Positions 35,086 to 45,182 of a stretch of 64,000 nt of DNA are shown here, piece after piece. Position 1 is the stretch's first letter, and the number at the start of each line of letters is the position of its first letter. Position numbers and translations under genes: made by a program. A model generated the notes under the pieces. It was not told the DNA's origin. It made no database searches and saw nothing but the letters and a program-made list of their open reading frames with translations. This DNA comes from a virus: IMG/VR virus record IMGVR_UViG_3300042197_003344, positions 13,299-77,298 of that record; one strand, 5' to 3'.

Positions 35086-35114
35086 ATTATAGCACCACTT
35101 AATTGAAAAGTCAA
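35086..35114 (-). promoter_or_regulatory. sigma70-type promoter
   Basis: TTGACT-17-TATAAT with extended -10 TG. Confidence 0.75.
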
Positions 35115-35152
35115 TCAGTTAAATACATGTATATAAACCCGGGGGCGAAACG

Positions 35153-35434
35153 ATGGGAGATTTTTTCAAACTGGTCGCAGAATTGGGCTTTCCAATCGCG
35201 GCTGCAATGGGGGCAGGATACTTTGTATTCCTAACGCTCAAATTTATTTTGGCTGGTGTTACATCTAGTGTAAAAGGTATGGCTGGTATTATTAACGCAC
35301 TGGATAATCGAGTCAAAACCATGAATCACGATGTGATTCGCATCGACACAGTAGTTTCGAATGCATTAGGTCTTAGGCCCGATGTAGATCGTATTGCTCG
35401 TGCCGATGGAAAAAATGATGCTAGAAGAGACTGA
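35153..35434 (+). CDS. Membrane protein (GFPI motif, holin-like candidate)
   Basis: ELGFPIAAA TM then coiled coil LDNRVKTMNHDVIRID. Confidence 0.6.
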   Translation: MGDFFKLVAELGFPIAAAMGAGYFVFLTLKFILAGVTSSVKGMAGIINALDNRVKTMNHDVIRIDTVVSNALGLRPDVDRIARADGKNDARRD

Positions 35435-35436
35435 TT

Positions 35437-35583
35437 ATGGAAGCTGGTCTTCTATTTGAGTCTTTTTTGGTATTTTATCTCTTAGAGTGCTTGGTTTTGA
35501 TTTTAGCAGCAGTGTATTATTACCACGAGCCTAAAACACAAACAAAAAAAGTTTGGGATCCGTGGGGATTTTTTAAGGAATAA
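35437..35583 (+). CDS. Small membrane protein (48 aa, not in ORF track)
   Basis: MEAGLLFESFLVFYLLECLVLILAAVYYY... Confidence 0.5.
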   Translation: MEAGLLFESFLVFYLLECLVLILAAVYYYHEPKTQTKKVWDPWGFFKE

Positions 35584-35585
35584 AA

Positions 35586-35783
35586 ATGTTATATGTTGAT
35601 TATACCTGGGATTGTAGTGAAAGAGGAATCCTTCTTGATGAAGAATTTAACAGCGACAAGCTGGGCTGGAAAAGCGGAGATTATTTTCAGTTAATCAACA
35701 TAAACGGAAGGCAGATATTAAGAAAAGTAGGAAATGTTCAGCAGTTCATACTAGAAGGAGCGGATAAAAATGAACAAGAATGA
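35586..35783 (+). CDS. Hypothetical protein
   Basis: RBS AAGGA. Confidence 0.65.
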   Translation: MLYVDYTWDCSERGILLDEEFNSDKLGWKSGDYFQLININGRQILRKVGNVQQFILEGADKNEQE

Positions 35784-35970
35784 AGCCTGGTGGGATTCGT
35801 TATCTCCACAGATGCAGAAGTATCTCAAAGAACAACCAATTTGGAGAGACAGAGATTTATATAAATCTCTAGTTATAGGAGTGGTCTTAGGATTTTTCGT
35901 TGGTCTCGTTGTAGGATACGAGTGGGCATGGAGACCGTTGGAACAATCTATTAGACCGTTGATCGGATAA
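35770..35970 (+). CDS. Small membrane protein
   Basis: One TM segment. Confidence 0.65.
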   Translation: MNKNEAWWDSLSPQMQKYLKEQPIWRDRDLYKSLVIGVVLGFFVGLVVGYEWAWRPLEQSIRPLIG

Positions 35971-36173
35971 TGGATTCTACTTTAATACTATTTGGATTGA
36001 CCTATACCGTGGCCGTGATAGCATTATTGTTTGCCATTTATTCTTTTCTAACTTTGAGAGAAGTAGAAAGAGAATTGAATGATTCTAAAAAACGACAGAC
36101 AATGAGTGCATGGAATTATTATCACGACAAAGCGGAAAAAGTATCAAAGCCATCACCTTTCAAAAATTTATAA
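35970..36173 (+). CDS. Small membrane protein
   Basis: N-terminal TM. Confidence 0.6.
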   Translation: MDSTLILFGLTYTVAVIALLFAIYSFLTLREVERELNDSKKRQTMSAWNYYHDKAEKVSKPSPFKNL

Positions 36174-36183
36174 GGGGAAATAA

Positions 36184-36510
36184 ATGGATCCAGTAGAATT
36201 AGTCAACAAATATGGTTTTCCCATAGTCGCCGCAGGCGGCATGGGATATCTCATCTTTTACGTATGGGAATGGGCCACAAAGGAAGTTAAACCAGTACTC
36301 AGCGAAGCAAATACAACTCTAATAGCCCTGATCGATCGTATCCGTATGTTAGACAATGATCTTATTCGATTACAACAAAAAGTTAATACAACACTACATC
36401 TACGTGGTAAAATTATTGAAAGTGAGCGTGTTTTAGAACAGGTCAAAGTCGACAACGAAGCCAATAAAAAATTCGACGAAGCTGCTCACATAGATGACAA
36501 AAAAGTCTAA
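36184..36510 (+). CDS. Membrane protein (GFPI motif), paralog of 35153 gene
   Basis: KYGFPIVAA TM; LIDRIRMLDNDLIRL. Confidence 0.6.
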   Translation: MDPVELVNKYGFPIVAAGGMGYLIFYVWEWATKEVKPVLSEANTTLIALIDRIRMLDNDLIRLQQKVNTTLHLRGKIIESERVLEQVKVDNEANKKFDEAAHIDDKKV

Positions 36511-37220
36511 TAACTGCTGGCCAACTTATAGGCTTCGGGAATTCGAGTCTTAGTATTTTTACTATTCAATAGGACGACAATACGTCGTCCTATTTTTGTA
36601 TCCAGCATCATTACAATACATCCGCCCGATGCTCTGATATAACCTGTCTTGCTGATAATAAAATCTTTATGTGCCACTAACGGATTGGTATTTTTGAAAA
36701 CCAGATACTTTTTCTTCTTGTAAGGAATCTTCACCACAGACATGTTACTGGCCGCTACTATTTCTTCGTAGTGTTCTGCAGCCTTGACTAATTTTATTAG
36801 ATCGTAGGCTGTACTAGAATTCATTACCCCCAATCCTGTAGGATCAACAAAACTGGTATCTAACATGCCGAGATACTTTGCTTTGGCATTCATAGCGTTC
36901 ACACAGGCAGTACGTCCTCCGTGATAATGGTTACATAATGCTTCGGAAGCTCTGTTATCGGAATGCACTATGGCTAACTGTATCAATTCTTTTCTCGTAT
37001 AGGGTTTGAAGAATTGATCCAAATCCTGTTTGGCATCTAAAATTACCATAACAGTCATTAATTTGGTTATGCTGGCGATACTACGACGCTCGTGCATGTT
37101 TTCACTTTGAATGATATCCCCATCGCCGTTGGCCACTAGCCATGCGGTAGCTGTAATATCTTTGGCCTGAGTGCTGAAAGACAGCGATACTAATAAAATA
37201 AAAGAAAAAAATCTCAACAT
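36507..37220 (-). CDS. Serine D,D-peptidase (S11; PBP7/PbpG-like)
   Basis: Signal peptide; SITK, SDN, KTG. Confidence 0.9.
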   Translation of the reverse strand: MLRFFSFILLVSLSFSTQAKDITATAWLVANGDGDIIQSENMHERRSIASITKLMTVMVILDAKQDLDQFFKPYTRKELIQLAIVHSDNRASEALCNHYHGGRTACVNAMNAKAKYLGMLDTSFVDPTGLGVMNSSTAYDLIKLVKAAEHYEEIVAASNMSVVKIPYKKKKYLVFKNTNPLVAHKDFIISKTGYIRASGGCIVMMLDTKIGRRIVVLLNSKNTKTRIPEAYKLASSY

Positions 37221-37384
37221 GGTTTGCAAATATTAAAAGACTTAATACCATTTAGGCTAAAAGTTTGTATAAACTTAGCCATATCGTCGTTGACGCTGAT
37301 CATCTGTGCCGGGGCCATGAACTAATATTGTAGCATCAGCCACACAGAATAGTCAATCCACCAATCTAGAGGAGTATATATCAT
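37214..37384 (-). pseudogene. Small ORF with in-frame TAG at 37322-37324
   Basis: MIYTPLDWWIDYSVWLMLQY*FMAPAQ...CKPC; overlaps both neighbours. Confidence 0.4.
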
Positions 37385-39441
37385 TTTTCGTGAGCGATAA
37401 ATTCGCCATTCCAGTCAGGACCTAGATCTTGCTGTTTCATAAAGTCACAGCGTTCAATCCACATCTTGTAATACTTGTCCATCTGGCCGTCGAAGGAACC
37501 TTTTAATTCTCCGCAGAGAATTTTAGCCGCATCAAATTGTTTTTCTTTGTATAGTTGATGCATCTTATTGTGTGTTTCCAGTGACTTATAGTAGGCTGTT
37601 TCATTGCCTCTGATTCTTAGCACAGTGTAGATGCTGTCCGCTACTGTCTTGCCTTTTGGTTGTAGGTTATCCAAGTATAGGTAGAAGAAATCGTTGGCTG
37701 TTCTATTGTATGTTTCTGCTCCGATGATGGCCAACACACCATAGGCCTTACAACGTGCTTCTAGTCGTGCAGCAGTTGAAACCATATCGCCTAAGATATC
37801 ATATCCGTGCCTAGCAGTCGAACCCATCTCACCAATATATCCATCACCGGTATTGCAACCCCAGCCCATCGCGGCAGGAGGTAAGCCTAGTGCTTCTTTT
37901 TCTTTAGTAAACGTCTGCACAGCATCTAACATTTCTAAACCAACTTTGACGATAGTATGAGCATGATTGGGATCATCCAACGGAGCACCATGCATGTGCA
38001 TACTAGCATCGCCTACATACTTGATGACCATACCGTTGGCATTGATGATAGGAATAGTAATAGCATCCATGTAGCCGTTCATATATTTGGCTAGTCCTTC
38101 TGGTCCACCATTACCTGGTTTATCAAAGTGTTCCCCAATTGGGGTGAATCCACGTAGATCGCTGAACATAACTGATACATCTTTTTTAACACCTTTCTTG
38201 ATTAAATCTGGATTCTCTTGTAACAGTCTCACGACTTCTGGAGAACAATAGCCAGCGAACTGTTTCTTTATGGCCTGCTTCTGTAAGAACTCTGAGACGA
38301 ACTTGATACCGTAGGCATGCAGAGCGACCAAGAGTAGGCCAACTGCAGGGGCAGTAGCGTCAAGTAACCATAGATTGAAATCGAACATAAGCCAACTGCC
38401 AACAGCACTACCAGCCACGATAATAATCGTTGTTGCCAAACCTGCATACACATACCTCGTTAAGAAAATTAATAATACACCCGCCACTGCCAGTATTAAA
38501 ATTTCAAGACCATCTGCATAGTCGGGTCTTTGTATAGTAACACCGTTAAACATAGTACCTAGCACAGCGGCCTGTACTTCGTGCGGCCAAACACTACCCA
38601 CTGCTGTGGGCACAGGATTACCTAACCCTGCTGCTGCTACTCCCACTATTACCACAGCACCCCCAAAATCTTTTGGTAGTTCTGTCATCGACACACTTTT
38701 AGATTGTTGGCTCCAGTCAATCCACACACGACCTAGATTGTCTGTGCTGATAGGACCAAACTTGGGTATACGCATTTTTTCTACGCCGTTGTCGTTCAAT
38801 TTAATTTGAACAGTTGAATCCTGTGCCGCCACACGCAGAGCTTCCATGGCCAAGCTAGGATATATCTTACCGTCTACAGCTACCAATAAAGGCATCCTAC
38901 GATTAACACCATCCACTTCTGGTAGAGTATTGACTACGCCCACGCCAGCAGCCTTTTGTTCTATGCTAGCGATATTGGCCATGATACCAGGATATTGAAT
39001 TATTCTATCCTGATAGTCTGATCCTATGACTGCGGTTCCTGGTTGCTTTGCTTCGTTTTTATTTCTATCCGCAGGCATATTAGGCAGTATCACAGGGTAC
39101 CTAGACAGTGTGTCTGCTAGAGCTCGATCTCCGCCTTGTCTATCCTTTTCTGTCATCAGCACATTGAAAACCACTAGCCCAGCATTTCTTAGATAAAGAT
39201 TTTCTATAAGTGCTGCATATATTTCACGGTTAAATGGCCATTGTCCGTATTTGTCTAGAGCATTTTCATCTATGTTTACCGTGACAATGTTATTTTCTGT
39301 GGGAATTTTGTTGACTATGAGTGTGTCAAAATATCTTAATCTTATACTTTCTACAAAGACAGGATCGGCTATTCTTATACTTACTATAAGTGCCAATGTT
39401 ATAATAGCAGTCCAAGGACTTAAGAGTATTTTTTTCATCAT
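37381..39441 (-). CDS. CHASE2-domain class III adenylate/guanylate cyclase
   Basis: CHASE2 (YGQWPFNR, DGVNRR), 3 TM, FSDLRGFT, KYVGD, GDMVSTAARLE. Confidence 0.92.
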   Translation of the reverse strand: MMKKILLSPWTAIITLALIVSIRIADPVFVESIRLRYFDTLIVNKIPTENNIVTVNIDENALDKYGQWPFNREIYAALIENLYLRNAGLVVFNVLMTEKDRQGGDRALADTLSRYPVILPNMPADRNKNEAKQPGTAVIGSDYQDRIIQYPGIMANIASIEQKAAGVGVVNTLPEVDGVNRRMPLLVAVDGKIYPSLAMEALRVAAQDSTVQIKLNDNGVEKMRIPKFGPISTDNLGRVWIDWSQQSKSVSMTELPKDFGGAVVIVGVAAAGLGNPVPTAVGSVWPHEVQAAVLGTMFNGVTIQRPDYADGLEILILAVAGVLLIFLTRYVYAGLATTIIIVAGSAVGSWLMFDFNLWLLDATAPAVGLLLVALHAYGIKFVSEFLQKQAIKKQFAGYCSPEVVRLLQENPDLIKKGVKKDVSVMFSDLRGFTPIGEHFDKPGNGGPEGLAKYMNGYMDAITIPIINANGMVIKYVGDASMHMHGAPLDDPNHAHTIVKVGLEMLDAVQTFTKEKEALGLPPAAMGWGCNTGDGYIGEMGSTARHGYDILGDMVSTAARLEARCKAYGVLAIIGAETYNRTANDFFYLYLDNLQPKGKTVADSIYTVLRIRGNETAYYKSLETHNKMHQLYKEKQFDAAKILCGELKGSFDGQMDKYYKMWIERCDFMKQQDLGPDWNGEFIAHEK

Positions 39442-39477
39442 TGAGTATTTAACTAACTATTTGAGGTGATTAGCTAG

Positions 39478-39771
39478 TTAAATCTTCTCAAAAATAAATT
39501 TAGAATTGTTGCCCACTCCAAGGATACAGGCAAACTCTTTATTACTTTTTAAAAGAGTCCAGCTGTTGCCCTTGAGATCAACCCATAGACTGTATACTGA
39601 GCCGTCATTATCGTGGTTTCCGGCCCAACTTAGTTTTTCTTGATAATTTTTATTTAGACTCTCTATCACTGTTTGTGTGGAATCACACAATACAGGGTAA
39701 TCATATCTAAATTGAGCGTTGGCTATAGAGCTAGTTAGGCAGAATAGGAACGCCACGGAATACAGACGCAT
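39478..39771 (-). CDS. Small exported protein
   Basis: Signal peptide; PVLC..SWTL..ACILG. Confidence 0.7.
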   Translation of the reverse strand: MRLYSVAFLFCLTSSIANAQFRYDYPVLCDSTQTVIESLNKNYQEKLSWAGNHDNDGSVYSLWVDLKGNSWTLLKSNKEFACILGVGNNSKFIFEKI

Positions 39772-39789
39772 GGCATACTCCTTAAAACA

Positions 39790-40041
39790 CTATTTATTTT
39801 TGAATCTGTCTTTGATCAACATACCTGCATATGTTCCTGAAAATGCCCCCATCAGTGCAGGTATAAGAGCCATGTTATCTTGTGTATAATTTATTACAGC
39901 AACACTGGCAGTGAATGTTACAAATGCTGACCAGAAACTGGCAGTTAGCGGTTTGTTGTTTTGAATAGAATTCACAAAACATACATAGATTATATCTGTT
40001 ACAAAAATTGCAAGAAACGTGATCAGATAAGTCAGCATCAA
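39790..40041 (-). CDS. Small multi-TM membrane protein
   Basis: Three hydrophobic segments, GAFSGTY. Confidence 0.7.
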   Translation of the reverse strand: MMLTYLITFLAIFVTDIIYVCFVNSIQNNKPLTASFWSAFVTFTASVAVINYTQDNMALIPALMGAFSGTYAGMLIKDRFKNK

Positions 40042-40175
40042 TTTTGTTGCTTATCCTGCTTTTCTGTCTGTACCTGTGGAACAGGTTCGGGAGGCCATAC
40101 TCGGTCCTTGATATAACTAGCACCAAACCAACCCCAGGCAGAAAAGAATCCCCACATCATTATTTCTAATATCAT
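40038..40175 (-). CDS. Small membrane peptide (45 aa, not in ORF track)
   Basis: MILEIMMWGFFSAWGWFGASY...; RBS AAGGA. Confidence 0.55.
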   Translation of the reverse strand: MILEIMMWGFFSAWGWFGASYIKDRVWPPEPVPQVQTEKQDKQQN

Positions 40176-40214
40176 AGCTTGTCCTTAAAAAAACACAGCT
40201 ATTTAGTGAGAGAA

Positions 40215-41894
40215 TTATTGCCCCTGTGTTACAGTGATTGCAGCGCAGCTGATCTGGGCGCAGTTGTAATTGATTGAATAATGCTGCTGAGTGCTACCAG
40301 ATTGTGATGTTGTGATAGAAGTAGTTCCGCCACTTAGTGTTATATTGGCCATGTGTGCAGCACTTCCGCTCTGTGTTAGATTGACAGTTTTATTTCCGCC
40401 GCTTAGATTAATTTCTGAATAGTGATTACCGCTGCCGCTTTGATTTATAGTTAGACTATTAGCTGTATTATCGATAGTAGCCATTATTCCTTTGGTACCT
40501 CCGGTACTGCTCTGTGTAAGATTTACAGTATTAGAACTGCCTATAACATCTAGTTCTATATAGTTTGTAGCACTGGCACTGGTACTGGTTTGTGTAGTAT
40601 TGGTTGTATTATTGCTTCCGCTGACATAAATTTCACTATAGTTATTTTTTGTTCCGCTTTGTATAACCGTAGCAGAATTATTGTTACCTATTTGTGTAAT
40701 GATAACCTTAGTATCCTGTAGTGGTCTGTTCTGGAATGTTGTAACTCTATTAGTAAATTGTGTGTCAGCATTAAACGGTGCATTAGTTCCACCGCAGCAG
40801 AAACTGCCGGGATTAGACACTGAGCCGGAACCTGCGTCTGCAGATGTCGTTGCATTATTATAGTCATAGTAAAAAGTTATTTCTGCTATCTGCATCGAGT
40901 CGCAGTTTAATCCGCAACCATCTCCTGCTTTGGTTGTAGGGAAGAATATGTAGTAATAGATATATGATGTAGAATTGGTCACGGTGATCATTGCGCTGGT
41001 ATTATATCTACTGTCGCTGAGATTTAGATTACCGTCTTGTATCAGCGTCCAAGTAGTACCATTATTACTACCATATAATTTGTAACTGGTAGGATCTCTA
41101 CCTGGAAAATCGTTGGCGGTGGTTAAAGTAAATCCTGTGACAATACGACCCTCATTTAATTTCACAGTCACTCCAGCATTGTACTTGTCAAAGTTTAGAT
41201 ATTTGGTATAGGGGTTGTTGTCAAATGCGTTAGCGGCACCTTCGCCTGCAGGACTATTATTACTGGTAGGATAATGATTGGTGATCCAAACATTACTGCT
41301 GTTGTTGTAGATGGCAGTGGGCACAGGGCTAGGAGTAGAATTGCTGGGCGTTTGTGTGGCAGTTTGACCCTGACTTAGTGGTACAGTTGAGTAATTGGCA
41401 TCAGCATAGGTGTTGGCCTGCGCTGTGGTGGGATTCAATGTGCCGGTCCAAGATACACCGGCTGTGTTGTTCATACCTGAACTGCCACTAAAAAGTTGAC
41501 CGGTGTCGTTGTCGCTGCCTACGAAAAAGAAATAATCAGGACCCATATTGACGATTTTACCTAGGCCAATGGTTCCAGCCACACTTCCGTCGCTGTTGTA
41601 GACTTTGCCTTCATAGGGAAAACTGGCATTGCCAGAAAGACTGAATTTCACATACTGTCCTGCTTGCCACGACCATTGTCCACTGGTCCAGGGTATCTTA
41701 TACATCACACCTGGATTCTTACTGTAGATCTGGCAGGTCGTGGTGTTCAAACAAGCACTTACATTCCATTGACTATCTGCTATCTGGTATCGACCAAATT
41801 GTATATCTGTAAGAGCAGCCCAAGTCTTAGGGCTGAGAAGTATCAAAAGAAATAAGATGATGGCTGCATCAAGCCAAAGTTTAAATTTGTTCAT
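40215..41894 (-). CDS. Secreted protein with discoidin/F5-8-like domain and C-terminal curlin-like repeats
   Basis: Signal peptide; AFDNNP.TKY..RDP..LYGSN; QxGxxN repeats. Confidence 0.75.
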   Translation of the reverse strand: MNKFKLWLDAAIILFLLILLSPKTWAALTDIQFGRYQIADSQWNVSACLNTTTCQIYSKNPGVMYKIPWTSGQWSWQAGQYVKFSLSGNASFPYEGKVYNSDGSVAGTIGLGKIVNMGPDYFFFVGSDNDTGQLFSGSSGMNNTAGVSWTGTLNPTTAQANTYADANYSTVPLSQGQTATQTPSNSTPSPVPTAIYNNSSNVWITNHYPTSNNSPAGEGAANAFDNNPYTKYLNFDKYNAGVTVKLNEGRIVTGFTLTTANDFPGRDPTSYKLYGSNNGTTWTLIQDGNLNLSDSRYNTSAMITVTNSTSYIYYYIFFPTTKAGDGCGLNCDSMQIAEITFYYDYNNATTSADAGSGSVSNPGSFCCGGTNAPFNADTQFTNRVTTFQNRPLQDTKVIITQIGNNNSATVIQSGTKNNYSEIYVSGSNNTTNTTQTSTSASATNYIELDVIGSSNTVNLTQSSTGGTKGIMATIDNTANSLTINQSGSGNHYSEINLSGGNKTVNLTQSGSAAHMANITLSGGTTSITTSQSGSTQQHYSINYNCAQISCAAITVTQGQ

Positions 41895-42976
41895 CGGTTC
41901 CAGATCCTTACTGTTACTTTGTTAGATCCATCGCCTACTGTTTTAGTCTCAATATCGTTAGAATTAATAGAAATACTATAGGTAGTGTTGTCCATCTTTT
42001 CACCACTTCTAATTACTATTGTATTGCCTCGATCGTCGTCTTTTCTATAATACCAATTTAGACCTTTTTCGTTGCCGCAGTCATTAAAAGGCCAACAGGG
42101 ATTAGACCTAGGGTCGCCTAATGCTCCGTTGGCTCCTGCGTTCAAACCTATTAACTTTGTTTCTTCATGGGCCTGTGCTAGTCTAGAGACCGCATTTTTA
42201 TCACTACTTTCTCTAGAGGTTTTCTTTTCATCATCATTGGTTCTGCTTTTATCCTTGTCTCGATCTTTTTTATCATCTCTTTCTGTTTCAGATTTTAGAA
42301 TAGATTCGGGTTTTTTCAAGTTGCTGTCATTGCTTACAACTGCAGGATCAACCTTTACAGGTGGGAGTGGAGGTTGTTGCGCATCAGTAACATAAGTAGC
42401 GGTGTAGGCTTCTCTCAGCGATACGCTTCCTCCAAGAGTTTCAACTTCAATTGCACCCACAGTGCAATTTCCGGATATTTGTGTATGAGTTACTAATCTA
42501 GATTCATCATCGCAACTAGGAAGTAAAACTACAAGACTTCTTCCTACTTCATCTACGGTCATGGCAAAATCGGTTCCTCTTACGGCAATAGATGCCGTAG
42601 GAGTTTTGATGTTAACATTTTGTGGATTATTTTTTGCTACCTGACCGCTGGCATACCTAACTGTACCTAGAGCAACTTTCATTCCTAGTTTTCCAGCGTC
42701 TTTGATATTTGGATCAAAGACAAAATCATCTATAACTAATCTTGAGTTTTCTGTGATTTTTACTTTGGTATTATCTATAAATGTAATGCCTGTGCTAGTT
42801 TTTGAACCAACTATAACAGTATCCATCGATTCAACGATGCTTTTATCTTGTGCTTTGATTGATTGATTTTTTCTTTTTATTTCAATGGCTGTGCCCTGGA
42901 GTTCAGTCAAATTTCCTATGTTTGCTTGAACTCCAGTGCAAAATAACATGCTGACAAGCAGCCATACCGTTTTCAT
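41891..42976 (-). CDS. FecR-domain exported protein
   Basis: ITFIDNT..ENS..GTVRY..TPTASIAVRGTDF. Confidence 0.85.
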   Translation of the reverse strand: MKTVWLLVSMLFCTGVQANIGNLTELQGTAIEIKRKNQSIKAQDKSIVESMDTVIVGSKTSTGITFIDNTKVKITENSRLVIDDFVFDPNIKDAGKLGMKVALGTVRYASGQVAKNNPQNVNIKTPTASIAVRGTDFAMTVDEVGRSLVVLLPSCDDESRLVTHTQISGNCTVGAIEVETLGGSVSLREAYTATYVTDAQQPPLPPVKVDPAVVSNDSNLKKPESILKSETERDDKKDRDKDKSRTNDDEKKTSRESSDKNAVSRLAQAHEETKLIGLNAGANGALGDPRSNPCWPFNDCGNEKGLNWYYRKDDDRGNTIVIRSGEKMDNTTYSISINSNDIETKTVGDGSNKVTVRIWNR

Positions 42977-43659
42977 TAATTACCTGTAGAAACGTTTACA
43001 TTGTTACTGTTGCCATTGGTTGTAATATTCACTGTTGTATTAACAGTTCCGGACTGAGTCACAGTATGTGTGTTAGAAGTTCCTGTCACACTGGCTACTA
43101 ATGTATGTCCGCTACCTGCACTGGCACCACTCATAGTTGAAGTAAATGTGTTAGAGTCTCCTAATATTGTAATCGTGCTAGAACTATTATTAGTTGTAAT
43201 AGTTTGTGTTACAGTATTGCTGTCACCGGTAATATTTAAAAGATTACTAATATTTGATCCTTTAATAGTACTGGTAACAATATTAAGATCACCTGTAATA
43301 TTCATAGTACTAGTGACATTAGTACAACCTGTTGTTCCGTCACCGCAAACAAAAGTAATCTGATTTGTATCACCGACAACAGTCTTGCTGATAGTATTGC
43401 TACTACCTACTACTGTATAATCAATAATATTTCCGTCGCCAGTTTGTGATGCAGTTAGAGTATTTGTAGAACCTGTGATTTTACTTTGTTGATTTAATCC
43501 GCTGTTTCCTACTCTATTATTAGCACCTATTTGTGTTATCGTAACCGTGTTGGTTGATCCGACTTGTTCAATGTAAACCCCATTGTTTGCGTAGGCGCCT
43601 GAACCCCAGAACACGGCCGCTATTACAAAGGCGAAACCACTTCTAGAATTTTTTAACAT
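42976..43659 (-). CDS. Curlin-like repeat protein (CsgA/CsgB-like)
   Basis: Signal peptide; YIEQVG..N, QIG.NN, QTGDGN, G.SN repeats. Confidence 0.75.
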   Translation of the reverse strand: MLKNSRSGFAFVIAAVFWGSGAYANNGVYIEQVGSTNTVTITQIGANNRVGNSGLNQQSKITGSTNTLTASQTGDGNIIDYTVVGSSNTISKTVVGDTNQITFVCGDGTTGCTNVTSTMNITGDLNIVTSTIKGSNISNLLNITGDSNTVTQTITTNNSSSTITILGDSNTFTSTMSGASAGSGHTLVASVTGTSNTHTVTQSGTVNTTVNITTNGNSNNVNVSTGN

Positions 43660-43753
43660 TTTTCGCTCCTTGGTATTTTATTATACCTTGTTATTTTATT
43701 TTTAACTAATCTAAGCCTTACTTTTTGCCTGTGTATCTATAATCTTTATTTTC

Positions 43754-44680
43754 TCACTTTGTTCCAACTGCTTCTTGTCTCTCAACAGACTGCTCTTGTG
43801 GAGTTTCTGTTTTCGGGGTTTCCGAAGGTGCGGAGTTCGTTTGAACCAACTCATTTTTCTTCTCCTCGTTTTTTACAGCGACCGTTTCAGACTTAAAGGC
43901 CCAGTGTCCTTTTCTAACACCATCATTGATCATCTCGATAACAGCAGCATGAATGGCTAATTGTACTGCCTTGTTCATTGATTCGTTAGTTGCTGACCCT
44001 GTTTCTATTTCTAAAGCCTGTGTTCCTGCATCGTAAAATCTAAGAACTCCTAGTTTATCCATAAAACTAATAACTTTTTTATTAGTATTAACAACTACTA
44101 AGACTTCTCCGGTAGCCACAGAAACTGCTCTTAAACTAACAGTTACTTCGTCTTGTTGATACTGTGTTGTAGCACCAATACCTAATAATCTAGCGCCACT
44201 ACCTCCGCTCATTGTATTAGAATCGTAGCCAATAATACCACCTTCTACAAGTATTCCAGCGAACAACATAGGAGGTAAAGGCTGTGCTTTATCTCCTTGA
44301 TAAAGTTCTCTCATTTGACGAATTAACTGACGTTCTTTTACAAGATTATCTAATCCGCCTCTTTCTAAAACTTTGAACCATTTGCCGCTTCCAACATCTT
44401 GTAAACTTTTAACAAGATAAGCATCTGCACCTTGTGTGACAGCAGAACTAAGGCTAGCAATGACCTGGCTAGATTTTCTTTGTCCGGTCATATCCCTAAA
44501 ATTATAAACTGCTACAGTGATAGCGCCTGTAGAAGGTTCTGGAAGTTTTACTTCATTCTTAAGTTTAGGTGCGATGACTACAGGATCTTCAAAACTTCTT
44601 ACAGCATTTCCCATCGTTCCGCAACCTGCTAATAAAATAGCCAGTACTATAGGTGTTATTTTTGTTATGGTACTAGCCAT
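43754..44680 (-). CDS. csgG: Curli secretion channel CsgG
   Basis: Lipobox LLAGC; AVYNFRDMTGQRK, SSAVTQG, ERGGLDNL, EGGIIGYD. Confidence 0.92.
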   Translation of the reverse strand: MASTITKITPIVLAILLAGCGTMGNAVRSFEDPVVIAPKLKNEVKLPEPSTGAITVAVYNFRDMTGQRKSSQVIASLSSAVTQGADAYLVKSLQDVGSGKWFKVLERGGLDNLVKERQLIRQMRELYQGDKAQPLPPMLFAGILVEGGIIGYDSNTMSGGSGARLLGIGATTQYQQDEVTVSLRAVSVATGEVLVVVNTNKKVISFMDKLGVLRFYDAGTQALEIETGSATNESMNKAVQLAIHAAVIEMINDGVRKGHWAFKSETVAVKNEEKKNELVQTNSAPSETPKTETPQEQSVERQEAVGTK

Positions 44681-45123
44681 CCGAAGTCTCCTATTGGTAC
44701 GGTCATCGTAGTAACATTACCGTTAGCATCTCTAATGGTTATTTCAATCATATTACCTGCTTTGGTGTATGTGATTGTTCCGCCATTGAATACAAATGTT
44801 CCGGTGGCTTGAGTTCCCTGGCCCTCAAATAATTTTTCAGTTATCTGTCTTGCTAGTTCATTGTAAACACGACTTTCTAAGTTTGCCACAAACTTGGCCA
44901 TTGTGGTGTTTTTAGCATCGTTTTCTGCTTTCAATTCATCGGCTTTTTTCTCTGCGGCAATTGCAAGTTTTCGACTTAGTTCTTGACTGTAGATAGTTAA
45001 GGCATGACTTGAAAACCCAATGCCTGAAAAGGAAGGACTGTTGAATTGATGGACAAGTTCGGCAGCTTGTCCTGCTGTCGATAAGGATAAAAATATCCCT
45101 AAAGATACTAACGTTTTCTTCAT
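44665..45123 (-). CDS. csgF: Curli assembly factor CsgF
   Basis: Signal peptide then ELVHQFNSPSFSG; NLESRVY; adjacent to csgG. Confidence 0.85.
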   Translation of the reverse strand: MKKTLVSLGIFLSLSTAGQAAELVHQFNSPSFSGIGFSSHALTIYSQELSRKLAIAAEKKADELKAENDAKNTTMAKFVANLESRVYNELARQITEKLFEGQGTQATGTFVFNGGTITYTKAGNMIEITIRDANGNVTTMTVPIGDFGWLVP

Positions 45124-45182
45124 CGGTTCGCTCCCGGTTACCTAATTATTTAGTGAACCGGTAATTCCGATAATAGTATGAG

